Positions 14,397 to 24,036 of a stretch of DNA of 32,000 bases are shown here, piece by piece (within the stretch, counting starts at the first letter, position 1; every line of letters begins with the position of its first letter). The notes beneath the pieces are model-generated. The model saw only the letters and a list, made by a program, of their open reading frames with translations. It ran no database searches and was not told the origin of the DNA. The DNA comes from Methanocaldococcus jannaschii DSM 2661. Lineage in GTDB: Archaea > AGJL01 > Methanococci > Methanococcales > Methanocaldococcaceae. The position numbers and the translations under genes are program-made. Where the stretch lies: assembly GCF_000091665.1 (NCBI RefSeq), contig NC_001732.1, positions 6,486 through 38,485 of the forward strand, written 5' to 3'.

Positions 14397-15023
14397 ATGT
14401 TTCATAGTGGAGCTATGGAGTTGCTTAAAATTGCAGAGAAGTTGTATGACAAAGATTCAGAGAAAGCTGTTGAAGTATATGATAAAGCAATTAAAAAGGC
14501 TGAAAGGATTTATGATGATTATGCTAAAGCCGTTATTTTGTCCAATATAGCCAAATCTCTATATAGCAGAGGTTTAACTAACAAGGTTATTGAAGTATAC
14601 AATAAAGCCATAAAAATAGCAGAGGAGAGTAGTAAAAGAGACGTAATACTATCAAAAATTATTGAAAATTTATGTAGTAATAGGTTGATAGATAAAGCGT
14701 TGGAGGTTGTGAATAAGATATCTGATGATTCTTCTAAGGCTATAGCATTATCTGAGATAGCAAAAGCTCAATACAATATAGGAATGCATGATGAAGCCCT
14801 TAAGAATTATGATAAGGCAATTTTTATAACTGAGGGTGTTTTTGATGATGAGATTAAATCTTCAATACTGTTTGAAATATCCAGAGATTTTTATAACTAT
14901 GGACTAGTAGATAAAGCATTTGAAGTTATTGGAAAGATACCTTACTCTAAGTATAGGTTCAGGTTGTTAGATAAAATGGCAGAAGATTTGCATAAGAATA
15001 TTAAATATATACATGGAGAGTAA
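14397..15023 (+). CDS. Helical-repeat (TPR-like) protein
   Basis: AGGTGA lies 5 nt before ATG 14397; the track starts at GTG 14388 inside the RBS. It has a repeated ~38-aa unit of the type A..V..KI.DD..KA.ALS.IAK..Y..G..D.A. Confidence 0.7.
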   Translation: MFHSGAMELLKIAEKLYDKDSEKAVEVYDKAIKKAERIYDDYAKAVILSNIAKSLYSRGLTNKVIEVYNKAIKIAEESSKRDVILSKIIENLCSNRLIDKALEVVNKISDDSSKAIALSEIAKAQYNIGMHDEALKNYDKAIFITEGVFDDEIKSSILFEISRDFYNYGLVDKAFEVIGKIPYSKYRFRLLDKMAEDLHKNIKYIHGE

Positions 15024-15537
15024 AGAGTTTGATGATGATAAAATTAAGATAATATCAATGACTCCAAAGAGTGAAAAATCTGATAAGATAGTAATGCAGA
15101 TTGTGGAGGAGTTTATTAATAGTTTTCCAGATGATAGATATAAGTTTAGAGTGTTGTTGAAAGTTGCAGAGCTGATTTGTAAGAATGGCTTATGTAATGA
15201 AGCATTTTTAATACTTGACAAGATTCCAGATTCCTATTATAAATCTTCAGCACTATATAAAATGGCAGACATATTATATAGAAATAAGGAACATGATAGA
15301 TTAATACAGATTGCAGAAAAGATACCTGATGACTATAAAAAATCAGAAGTCTTATTAAAGGTTGTAGAGCTATTATGCGAAAGTGGAAAATATGATGAGG
15401 CAATAAACATAGCTGAAAAAATACCTGACAATTATTATAAATCAGAAGCATTATTTAAAATAGCAGAAACCCTAAGCAACAAAGGATATTACGACAAAGC
15501 AGTTGAAATTGCTGAAAAAATTCCAGACAATTTTTAG
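15013..15537 (+). CDS. Helical-repeat (TPR-like) protein, C-terminally truncated within a repeat
   Basis: The start overlaps the previous stop by 11 nt (ATGGAGAGTAA). Near-identical units occur: IAEKIPDDYKKSEVLLKVVELLCESGKYDEAINIAEKIPDNYYKSEALFKIAETLSNKGYYDKAVEIAEKIPDNF*. The ORF ends in mid-unit. Confidence 0.7.
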   Translation: MESKEFDDDKIKIISMTPKSEKSDKIVMQIVEEFINSFPDDRYKFRVLLKVAELICKNGLCNEAFLILDKIPDSYYKSSALYKMADILYRNKEHDRLIQIAEKIPDDYKKSEVLLKVVELLCESGKYDEAINIAEKIPDNYYKSEALFKIAETLSNKGYYDKAVEIAEKIPDNF

Positions 15538-15673
15538 AAGAAAAATTATATCCAAGGAATGTTAATAATTCATCTTCTATTAATTCTAGTGGTTATTTTC
15601 AATATATTGCACACATAGGAGTTTATGAATATGAAACAGGTAATTACCTCGATACCATATTATTCGTAAGATT

Positions 15674-15763
15674 TTAATAAAATAGTAAATTTGATACTGT
15701 TGTTAGCTGGATTAAATACTTCATGATACTCTAAATGAGGTGAAGTTACTAACTTGACGATCT
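15674..15763. repeat. Right copy of ~90-bp direct repeat flanking the helical-repeat gene pair
   Basis: See 14175-14262. Confidence 0.65.
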
Positions 15764-16000
15764 TTTTTATTAATATGCAAGCATTATATTATAATATTTG
15801 TAGATTTTTGTATTTAGTTTCAGAAAAATTTTTAAGAGACCCAACACATTTTCCTAAAAAAGAAAGATTTATATACCCAACATCGTTCCAAAATTTCTTT
15901 AGAAATTAGCATTGGCGATAGATATGCCATACGACATTAAATGTGGAGAGGCATATAACATTTCATACCAATTGTAGAAAAGAATAGTATATTAATTTCT

Positions 16001-16314
16001 AATCGTACTCGTATTTTAAATAACTTGATCAAAATGTGTAATTTGAATATAAAACCAAAAACTGAAGATGATTATAAACGATTCCTATATGATTACTCAA
16101 ATCAATGTGGAGTAGATTTCAGAAAAGTAGATGTGGGAATAAAATTTTTCAAAAATATGCTGGATATAAAGTAAAAGATTACGGCAGTTCTTGGAAATAT
16201 TCAGAGTTAGATAATCCTAACTACACAATACAAGATGCGTGCAGAGATTTACTCAAAAATAATGGAGTGAAGTACCTAATTAACAACAGGGCATTAAAGG
16301 TATCTTTGAAATAA
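16001..16314 (+). pseudogene. Frameshifted C-terminal fragment of a paralogue of the 432-aa HhH-GPD-like protein
   Basis: One frame reads FLYDYSNQCGVDFRKVDVGIKFFKNMLDIK* (compare FLYEYSKKCKLDQRYVEMGMWFFNSKVAKYY). The tracked ORF 16105..16314 reads NPNYTIQDACRDLLKNNGVKYLINNRALKVSL (compare CKYTIQEACKDLIKRL...IRYIGNNQFEINI). Confidence 0.6.
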
Positions 16315-16364
16315 CATTATTTGATGTGATTAAAAAGAATTAAGATTGTATTTTAGGTGGCAGT

Positions 16365-16808
16365 ATGGGAAAATGTAGGCATAATGGAGAGGTTAGTATT
16401 TTTGGCGTAAGACCAGCAAGTTTTCCTTACTTTCCATTTAATTTAATGGATAGGATTGGAGGGTTTGTAATATTGGATGAGTTGTGGTTAAGGAGGTGGT
16501 GTGAGATTATAGAATATCCGATGAAAATTCCAACTTTATACGTGCCAATTGAGGATTATGGTATTCCTACAGTTGAGGATATGGATTTGATTGTTGATTT
16601 TATAAAGTATCATGTTTCTAATGGGAGAGAAGTCGTTGTCTCTTGTATCGGTGGACATGGAAGAACTGGAACTGTTTTGGCTATTTGGGCTGGTTTAAAT
16701 GGCGTTGAAAATCCAATAGAATATGTTAGAGAATGTTACTGTGAGTGTGCGGTTGAGACAGAAGAACAAGAGGAGTTTGTAATGGAGTATTTGAAAAAGA
16801 GATTATGA
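16365..16808 (+). CDS. Cys-based protein phosphatase (dual-specificity/PTP fold, CX5R)
   Basis: AGGTGG RBS. The active-site signature is VVVSCIGGHGRTGTV (C-X5-R-T, nt 16644-16664). An upstream acid loop PIEDYGIP is present. Confidence 0.85.
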   Translation: MGKCRHNGEVSIFGVRPASFPYFPFNLMDRIGGFVILDELWLRRWCEIIEYPMKIPTLYVPIEDYGIPTVEDMDLIVDFIKYHVSNGREVVVSCIGGHGRTGTVLAIWAGLNGVENPIEYVRECYCECAVETEEQEEFVMEYLKKRL

Positions 16809-16809
16809 A

Positions 16810-18108
16810 TTAAAAGAAGATTATATCTAAGAGTTCATCATATATTTCTATTTCACCTTTAAGGATGAGGTCGATAAGTTCATCTTCACTAACGATAATG
16901 ATTTTACCGTTAATATTGATTTCAAATTGATTATTTCCAATGTATCTTATGTTCGTGTTGTTGATAGCTTTTCTTAATCTTTTAATTAAGTCTTTACATG
17001 CTTCTTGTATTGTGTATTTACATAACCTCCTATTGTAATACTTTGCAACTTTGCTGTTAAAGAACCACATACCCATTTCTACATATCTTTGGTCTAATTT
17101 GCATTTCTTTGAATATTCATAGAGGAATATTTTATATGGATAAAGAGTTTTAAAATCATTGCTATCTATTTTTGCATTTTTACGAAGTTTTTGAATACAT
17201 CTACATTCTGTATAATCAAATTTCTCTAAAACTTCATTAATGTCAAAATTATAATTTAATTTACATTTACATTTAACTAATTCCTCAATGACTTTTTTAA
17301 CTACTCTATCAATAGGCTTGTATAACAAATCCCTGCAATCTCCATATAACATCAAATTGTGAATAATTGAAATATCTCTAAGGAATAGACAAGCTATTTT
17401 ATCTCCAACTCCTCTAATTCTAATTAAAAAGTTGTATGCGTCGTAGATATTTCCATTTCTTAATAAATTAAGTAGATAAGACACTAATGAAGCTGTTATT
17501 TGAGTATTACTAATAATGTATAATAAACCACATTTATTTGTGGTAGTTGAATTTATGTTACAACTCGGATTTATATTGTATCTTGGGTCTAAAGTGTCAC
17601 TTGTATAGAAGCCCAATCCTAACATTCTTAGATTATTTTCATAGCAATTGCATATATTACTAATCCAAGTATTGTTATGTAAATTGAAATTTCTATCTAT
17701 GCAAACTGCCCCAATAAATCCATGGATTCTTACTCTTATGGAGCTATAACTACTCCCAAAAGGTCTCATATAAGCATAATTTGAAATAAACAATTGCAAT
17801 GATTCACTTAAATCATTTAAATGATTTGGGAATATTATCTCCCAAAATGCTTTTAATTCTAGTGCTTCATGTAACCTTCCGACATCTTCAAAGAATTTAA
17901 ACCATGCACAGATACAATCTTTATTAGCATATTCTCCAGAACAATAATTTTTTCTTAATACTTTAAGTATATCTTCAACTTCTTTTTCTATATTTTTTCT
18001 CTCTTTAATAACTGGGATAAAGAACTTTTTAATAATATCTCTTGCTAATGGACAGTTTCTAATCCTGTTGATAAATTGCTGAACTACCATCCCCACTCCT
18101 CTCCACAT
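16810..18108 (-). CDS. Cys-rich protein with HhH-GPD-like (DNA glycosylase-like) motif
   Basis: LIRIRGVGDKIACLFLRDISII...LLYKPIDRVVKKV resembles the helix-hairpin-helix GVG.K.A plus downstream P.D..V..V of endonuclease III/OGG-type glycosylases. The true start may be ATG 18090 (MVVQQF), after GGAGAGGAGTGGGG. Its stop is 1 nt from the phosphatase stop. Confidence 0.45.
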   Translation of the reverse strand: MWRGVGMVVQQFINRIRNCPLARDIIKKFFIPVIKERKNIEKEVEDILKVLRKNYCSGEYANKDCICAWFKFFEDVGRLHEALELKAFWEIIFPNHLNDLSESLQLFISNYAYMRPFGSSYSSIRVRIHGFIGAVCIDRNFNLHNNTWISNICNCYENNLRMLGLGFYTSDTLDPRYNINPSCNINSTTTNKCGLLYIISNTQITASLVSYLLNLLRNGNIYDAYNFLIRIRGVGDKIACLFLRDISIIHNLMLYGDCRDLLYKPIDRVVKKVIEELVKCKCKLNYNFDINEVLEKFDYTECRCIQKLRKNAKIDSNDFKTLYPYKIFLYEYSKKCKLDQRYVEMGMWFFNSKVAKYYNRRLCKYTIQEACKDLIKRLRKAINNTNIRYIGNNQFEININGKIIIVSEDELIDLILKGEIEIYDELLDIIFF

Positions 18109-18289
18109 CTTTCAAATATAAATGTACTGCAGTTCTTAAATATAAATTAATATAAATTTTATAAATATTTACACTAAAAGCTCTGCTAATATTTTAACCT
18201 CTATTGAGTTTCTATTTTCCTTAACAGAAATCAAATCCATACTAAGTGTTTATTATTAGCAACAATTCCTATAGGTGTAGTTTCTCTTC

Positions 18290-18605
18290 TTCAAATTTTT
18301 GGTAATATATTTTTAATTACATTGAAATCAAATATATGTACATACTCCTTTTCCACATCTTAATATTACAATATTATCAATTCTCGAATTTTCCTTCCTG
18401 TTTTTAAATCGATATAAATATGACGTCTTCCATTACATTTTAACATCACACGATTATCTTTTATAGATATTGACTCTATATCCCACTCAGTTTTGAACTC
18501 CCAAATTTTATCTCCAGTTTTTAGATTAATGGCAGAGATACATCTTCTTCCACATTCTAATACTGCAATACCACCTCTAATAGATAAACTTCTTAATTCT
18601 AACAT
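18290..18605 (-). pseudogene. Decayed PQQ-like beta-propeller blades (includes the 79-aa ORF 18366..18605)
   Basis: The 79-aa ORF has two blades (INLKTGDKIWEFKTEWDIESISIKDNRVML...). Downstream in another frame the sequence reads DNIVILRCGKGVCTYI*FQCN*KYIT, which parallels the end of the 827-aa protein (DNIVISGCKRGHVYALDFNIIKNYSI). Confidence 0.5.
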
Positions 18606-18647
18606 CTTAACACCATTATCTCTACTGATGTTGAATTAATTTTTGAA

Positions 18648-21119
18648 TCATAATACTTGTTTGATTTTTTGTATTATTGAGTAGTTTTTAATTATATTGA
18701 AATCAAGGGCATAAACATGTCCTCTTTTACATCCTGATATTACAATATTGTCTTTGATGGACAAATCTAACACTGCACTTTCTGTTTTAAACTTCCATAT
18801 TTCCTCACCAGTGTTAATATCAAGAGCATAAAGATAATTATCACATCCTAATAATACAGCATCATTTTTAATAGACAAACCATTCACATCCCCATCTGTC
18901 TTAAATGCCCATAAATTCTCCCCTGCATTAATATCAAGAGCATAGACACATTCTCGATTACATCCCAATATTACAATATCATCTTTAATAGATAATCTTA
19001 ATACAGACCCTACTACCTTAAATCTTTCCATCTTCTCTCCTGTATTAATATCAAGAAGATAAACATAACCTCCCCTACATCCCAACAATACATTATCCTT
19101 TTTAATAGATAAACTCTTTACCTCTCCTTCTGCCTTAAACCTCCATAGTTCTCTACCAGTGTCAATATCAAGAGCGTAAAGATAATTATCACATCCAAAT
19201 AGCAAAATGTCATTTTTTATGGATAAATTCCGTATGGATTTTCCTGATTTTGCTTTAAACTCCCATAACATATTTCCTGCATTAATATCAAGGGCAAGTA
19301 TATATCCTTTTTTACATCCCAACACAACAATATCGTCTTTAATAGATAAACTCCTTACATCATGCTTTATCTTAGACCTCCATATTTCTCTTCCTGTATT
19401 AATATCAAGAGCATAAGCATACCCTTCCTCCAATATTTTTCCATTTTTCAACATGACAATGCTCTCAAATATATTTCCACATCCTAATACAACAATATCA
19501 TCTTTAATAGACAAACCCCATACTGTATCCTCTGCCTTGAATTCCCATAATTTCTTACCAGTTTTAATATCAATGGCATAAACATGTCCCGAAACACATC
19601 CTAATATTACAATATCACCTTTAATAGATAATAACCTTACACCCCCCTCTGCCCTAAACTCCCACAATAACTCATCTACTCTTTTAATCCCTAAAATATC
19701 CAATATAAACTTACCAACATTAATTGCTAACTCATCATTTGAGTTATTTACCAATTCAATTAACTTATTCATATAATAATTAAATACAGCCCTATTTTCA
19801 TTGAAAATGTTTTTAAATCTGCTGTATATTTCTTTATAGTTTGATGTGTTTAAATTATCTATCTCTTGTTTTAGGATTTTGTCAATTTTTTCTGGCCTCA
19901 TGTCATCTACATTATCTCCTTTAAATTTTGTAATTGTTAATACTTCTGTAAATCTTTCTTTGTATCGTATGTTAAATTCATCTTCAAACTCTACAACAAT
20001 ATCTATCGGTAGTTTTCCTTTAACTTTTGGATTTATAAAAAGGTTAATGACTTTTGTGTCTCTTCCTCTAATTTTTATCGGCTCTATGTCTTTAAATAAA
20101 ATATCTTCTTCGTTTATTATTGAAATTTTCGATATTGTTATATCTTTTAATGATTTGTTTGTTATTTGTATTGGTAGTTCATCCCATTCATTCAAATTAA
20201 GTGATTTTTTTAATAGGGTTAAATCTATCTTTACTATTTCTTTCATTATATTAGTTAGTTGTGGCCTAACTCTTTGTATTTTTGAATACAGGTTAGTATC
20301 AAGGGCATAGACACACCCCCACATGTCTGCCAATATAGTAACATCCCCACTTATCAATAAATCACTTACATGCCACTCTCCACCAAACTCTAATATTTTC
20401 TCACCTGTTTTAATATCAAGGACATAAAAATATTCACACCCATATTCATCCTCACATCTCAATATTATTTTATCATCTTTGATAGATAACTCCCATACAC
20501 ACCACTCTGCTTCAAACTCCCACAATTTACCTCCTGTCCTAACATCAATAGCATAAATGTATTTATCCCCATCACCCAATATAACAATATTATCTTTGAG
20601 AGAAAAACCCCACATACGCTCTCCTACCTTGGACTCCCATATTTTATCCCCAGTCATAACATCAAGAACGCAAACATGCCCACCTCTATATTCCAACATT
20701 ACAATATTATCTTTGATGAATAAACTATCTACATTGTGCTCTACTTTATATTCCCATATTTTATTCCCTGTCTTAATATCAAGGGCAAAAAGATGGTTAC
20801 TACACCCTAATATTATAATATTATCTTTGATATCTTTGATGGACAAATCCCATACACTCCCCCCTGCCTTAAACTCCCATATTATGCTATCTTTTAAAAT
20901 ACATAACATAAACTTATCAATTTCAAGTGATAACTCATTATCATCTAAATTTTTCATTAACTCAATTAATTTATCCACGTAATAATTAAATATATCTCTA
21001 TTTTTGCTAAAAACATTTTTAAATTTGTCATATATTTCTTTATAGTTTGATACGTTTAAATTATCTATCTCTTGTCTAATGTTTTCAACTCCATTGATTT
21101 TATTTTCTACAAAAACCAT
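18648..21119 (-). CDS. PQQ-like beta-propeller repeat protein with internal tandem duplication
   Basis: GGTGA precedes ATG 21119 (the track starts at 21131). There are many ~40-aa units such as DI.TGK.LWEFKAE..V..LSIKDDIVVLGC..G.VYALD. A helical module occurs twice (EIDNLNVSNYKEIYDKFKNVFSKNRDIFNYYVDKLIEL / EIDNLNTSNYKEIYSRFKNIFNENRAVFNYYMNKLIEL). No signal peptide was seen. Confidence 0.8.
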   Translation of the reverse strand: MVFVENKINGVENIRQEIDNLNVSNYKEIYDKFKNVFSKNRDIFNYYVDKLIELMKNLDDNELSLEIDKFMLCILKDSIIWEFKAGGSVWDLSIKDIKDNIIILGCSNHLFALDIKTGNKIWEYKVEHNVDSLFIKDNIVMLEYRGGHVCVLDVMTGDKIWESKVGERMWGFSLKDNIVILGDGDKYIYAIDVRTGGKLWEFEAEWCVWELSIKDDKIILRCEDEYGCEYFYVLDIKTGEKILEFGGEWHVSDLLISGDVTILADMWGCVYALDTNLYSKIQRVRPQLTNIMKEIVKIDLTLLKKSLNLNEWDELPIQITNKSLKDITISKISIINEEDILFKDIEPIKIRGRDTKVINLFINPKVKGKLPIDIVVEFEDEFNIRYKERFTEVLTITKFKGDNVDDMRPEKIDKILKQEIDNLNTSNYKEIYSRFKNIFNENRAVFNYYMNKLIELVNNSNDELAINVGKFILDILGIKRVDELLWEFRAEGGVRLLSIKGDIVILGCVSGHVYAIDIKTGKKLWEFKAEDTVWGLSIKDDIVVLGCGNIFESIVMLKNGKILEEGYAYALDINTGREIWRSKIKHDVRSLSIKDDIVVLGCKKGYILALDINAGNMLWEFKAKSGKSIRNLSIKNDILLFGCDNYLYALDIDTGRELWRFKAEGEVKSLSIKKDNVLLGCRGGYVYLLDINTGEKMERFKVVGSVLRLSIKDDIVILGCNRECVYALDINAGENLWAFKTDGDVNGLSIKNDAVLLGCDNYLYALDINTGEEIWKFKTESAVLDLSIKDNIVISGCKRGHVYALDFNIIKNYSIIQKIKQVL

Positions 21120-21405
21120 TCTCATCACCAAAAAAACTTTTATTTATTTCAAAATTTTTCTAATAACACACCATTCAATTATCGAAATTAGATTAATAAT
21201 TCCATTACAAGTGTCTCTAACACTTCACCATATTTTTATTATAATTTCATTATACCTTAATAGCATATTAAATTCAATAACCCAACTTTAATTTTGCACT
21301 TATTAAGATTTGTAACATTATCAATGCCCCCTACCATAATTCCATAATGAGTTTTTGGAGGTTTCACTAAAAGAAGTAATCTACAGCATTCTTTAATTAT
21401 ATGTC

Positions 21406-21429
21406 TGAATTGACTTTAAAGTCCATTCA
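21406..21429. repeat. Palindrome family copy P3 (TA centre, one arm mismatch)
   Basis: tgaattgactt-ta-aagtccattca, ending 154 nt upstream of the parA start. Confidence 0.85.
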
Positions 21430-21583
21430 TCCCTTAACATTCCTTATAAAGAAATACTCTATAAAAGTTTATTATTACATTATTGCATTAAACAGTTAAA
21501 CATATAACCAATAATTTAAATATGAAATAATGTAATGCCATAATACTGTAATAAAATAATAGAATATCTAATGGTGAGAGTTT

Positions 21584-22363
21584 ATGGTTGTAATTTCAAT
21601 TGCAAATCAAAAAGGGGGTGTTGGAAAAACAACAATAGCATTAAACCTATCATTTACACTTGCAGAAAAGGGGTATGATACTTTAGTAATCGATTTAGAC
21701 CCACAATTCAACTTATCCTTTGGAATTTTGGGAATGAAATTATTAGATTATGCTGATAAAAATATTGGAATACTATTATCAAAAAATTCTGTTAAGAAGA
21801 AAGAAATTGAAGAGTCTATTATAAAAATTAATGATAAGTTAGATTTAATCCCCTCCCACTTGCAGCTTTCTGCTGTAGAAAAAATGTTAGTTAATGCTTA
21901 TGCAAGGGAAATGAAGTTGAAAAATATCATTAACCAAATCAAAGAAAATTATGACTACATAATAATTGATAATGCCCCATCATTAGGACTATTTTTAATA
22001 AATTCATTAGTGGCATCTGATTATATTATCATCCCATGTGAGCCAAGTTATTTTAGTATTGCAGGAGTTCAACTAATGTTAGATACTGTTGAGGAAATAA
22101 AAGAATCAAACTTGAATCCAAAACTTAAAGTTTTAGGGTTTATTTTCAACAAGTACTCTAAACAATCAAAAATTCCACAAAAGAGGTTAGAACAGTTAAA
22201 ACAACTCTATCCTAACATTCCAGTAATTGGAGTAATTCCAAGAACTATTACTGTTGAAAAGGCAGAACGTGAGGGAAAACCTGTGTTTAAATTTGATGCT
22301 AATAATCCTGCAAGTGTTGCATTCTCAGAACTTGCTGAGTGGGTGATAGAAAATGTCAAATGA
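21584..22363 (+). CDS. parA: ParA/Soj/MinD-family partition ATPase
   Basis: GGTGAG RBS. Deviant Walker A NQKGGVGKTT (21605-21634), DLDPQ, and IIIDNAP Walker B. Confidence 0.92.
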   Translation: MVVISIANQKGGVGKTTIALNLSFTLAEKGYDTLVIDLDPQFNLSFGILGMKLLDYADKNIGILLSKNSVKKKEIEESIIKINDKLDLIPSHLQLSAVEKMLVNAYAREMKLKNIINQIKENYDYIIIDNAPSLGLFLINSLVASDYIIIPCEPSYFSIAGVQLMLDTVEEIKESNLNPKLKVLGFIFNKYSKQSKIPQKRLEQLKQLYPNIPVIGVIPRTITVEKAEREGKPVFKFDANNPASVAFSELAEWVIENVK

Positions 22364-22685
22364 TGATTTGAATGCATTAAAAAAATTAAAAGAAATTAGT
22401 TCTGGGACAGTAAAACAGATAACTTCACTACCAAAAAAAGAACCACAAGAAGAAAAAATGTCAAAAACTCTAAGGATAAAAAACACTACTCATGAAAAAA
22501 TTATTGAAATGTATGGGAAAAAAGTTGGTAGCCAAGGAGAAGTTGTAGATAAGGGTGTTGCAGTCCTCTATGCATTATGGAAAATACTTCCAGAAGAACA
22601 ATTTAAAAGGGTTGTTAAACTGGCTGAAGAAGATAGGTTTGAAGAATTTGCTGATAGGTTGGGTATTGAAATAAAAGAAGAATAA
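22353..22685 (+). CDS. Probable ribbon-helix-helix centromere-binding partner of ParA
   Basis: It overlaps parA by 11 nt. After an acidic N-terminal tail, KTLRIKNTTHEKIIEMYGKKVGSQGEVVDKGVAVLYALW fits a strand-helix-helix pattern. The function is inferred from position. Confidence 0.5.
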   Translation: MSNDDLNALKKLKEISSGTVKQITSLPKKEPQEEKMSKTLRIKNTTHEKIIEMYGKKVGSQGEVVDKGVAVLYALWKILPEEQFKRVVKLAEEDRFEEFADRLGIEIKEE

Positions 22686-22689
22686 ATAA

Positions 22690-23709
22690 TTATTGCATTG
22701 CATTTATAATCTCCTTTATAGCATGCCATTCGATAATAGATGTCGGTTTGATTATTCCATTTATCACATCATAAAACAATATTTCATTCTCAATTAGGAA
22801 TTTTAAATATTTCATTTCCTCTTTTTTAACTTCCTTATCATAGGAGATTTTTATCTTGTCCTTGAATTTAGATAAAACATTATAAAGCCCCTCCTCATCT
22901 AAATCGGTTGTATCTATAAGGTATTTTAGCCCATCTTTTTCAACATTAATCCACTGTTTTATAGTTTGTTCAACAGATAAACCTAACTTCTTATTATTTA
23001 TCAGTTGAGAAATCTCATAAGGCAATGATAAATAGTCTAAAGCATAATTAATCTCTTCTTCGCTAAAACCTTCTTCTTTTAAAATATTCCTTATAGTTCC
23101 TTTTCTTAACCAGTCAATTAAATAATACTCAGAGGCATTTTTTAATGTTGAATTCCTATAGATTTCATCAATAAATAATGTATCAGAAGTTAAGCATATA
23201 ACATGGCATAAATGTTCCATTTTAGTTAGAGAGACGAATAAGTTAAACAATTCGTTTAATAATGACTTTCCTCCATTAAAATAAATATTCTTCAACTTTT
23301 GTAACTCATCAATTATTAAAACTGGCTTTTTTCCTTCTTCAACAACTGCGTTAATACTCTCATTTATCTTAGCAAAGACATCATTTAGGCATAAGTTATT
23401 AAAGTCAAAATTCTCTTCAATTCCAAACTTACAAACTCCCAAGTTAAGTTCTAACTTATTTAATAGATATTTTTTATCCGACTTTTCAAAAAATACTCTT
23501 AAAAACTCATCCCTTGTTGGTGTTGCATATTTTCTTAAATTATAATAGAAAAACACTATATTACTGTTTTCTAACTCCTTAATAACTCTCCTCATTACCG
23601 TAGATTTACCAGATGATTTAGGACCATAAACAAAAAGGATAGAATTAGGTTCTAACTGACAGTAGGTTTTTAGATAGTTGAGTTCTTTCTCTCTATCATA
23701 GAATTTCAT
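22690..23709 (-). CDS. 'Archaeal ATPase' family P-loop NTPase, third paralogue
   Basis: GGGTGA lies 4 nt before ATG 23709 (MKFYDREKELNYL). Walker A GPKSSGKSTV, Walker B VLIIDELQ. Confidence 0.85.
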   Translation of the reverse strand: MKFYDREKELNYLKTYCQLEPNSILFVYGPKSSGKSTVMRRVIKELENSNIVFFYYNLRKYATPTRDEFLRVFFEKSDKKYLLNKLELNLGVCKFGIEENFDFNNLCLNDVFAKINESINAVVEEGKKPVLIIDELQKLKNIYFNGGKSLLNELFNLFVSLTKMEHLCHVICLTSDTLFIDEIYRNSTLKNASEYYLIDWLRKGTIRNILKEEGFSEEEINYALDYLSLPYEISQLINNKKLGLSVEQTIKQWINVEKDGLKYLIDTTDLDEEGLYNVLSKFKDKIKISYDKEVKKEEMKYLKFLIENEILFYDVINGIIKPTSIIEWHAIKEIINAMQ

Positions 23710-24036
23710 AATTTCACCCAAATAAACTCTTTATTTTAATTAAAAATATTATTTTAGAGTATTTAAAAGTTGAACATGCCATATTACATTAGCTGTGAAT
23801 CTAAAGTTGAAAATTAACCTTTACTGTCTTTATGACATCATAACCACACTACCTATTGTATTATTTTATTACATCATAATTTAATTGCATTATAACATAA
23901 TAACATTATTCCATAATTCTTTATACAATAATTATTTAACAATGGCATTAAACAATTACTTAAAAATTTAAATACACAAAACAACATTGCAATATTGCAA
24001 TAATAAAATAATTCATTAACTAAAAATAATAAAGTG

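Noticed and set aside
15013-15023. The two helical-repeat ORFs as a single gene broken by a frameshift
   Set aside because: The ATGGAGAGTAA start/stop overlap is a normal translational-coupling junction. The second ORF starts with its own non-repeat N-terminus, so they are treated as two genes, though a fusion ancestor cannot be excluded.
14967-15451. Antisense ORFs 14967..15221 and 15146..15451
   Set aside because: They lie opposite the repeat-protein genes and have no independent support.
19207-21291. Plus-strand ORFs 19207..19416, 19846..20310, 20557..20982, 21079..21291
   Set aside because: All are antisense to the PQQ-repeat gene or run into its upstream region. Their repetitive S/L/I-rich peptides mirror the blade repeats.
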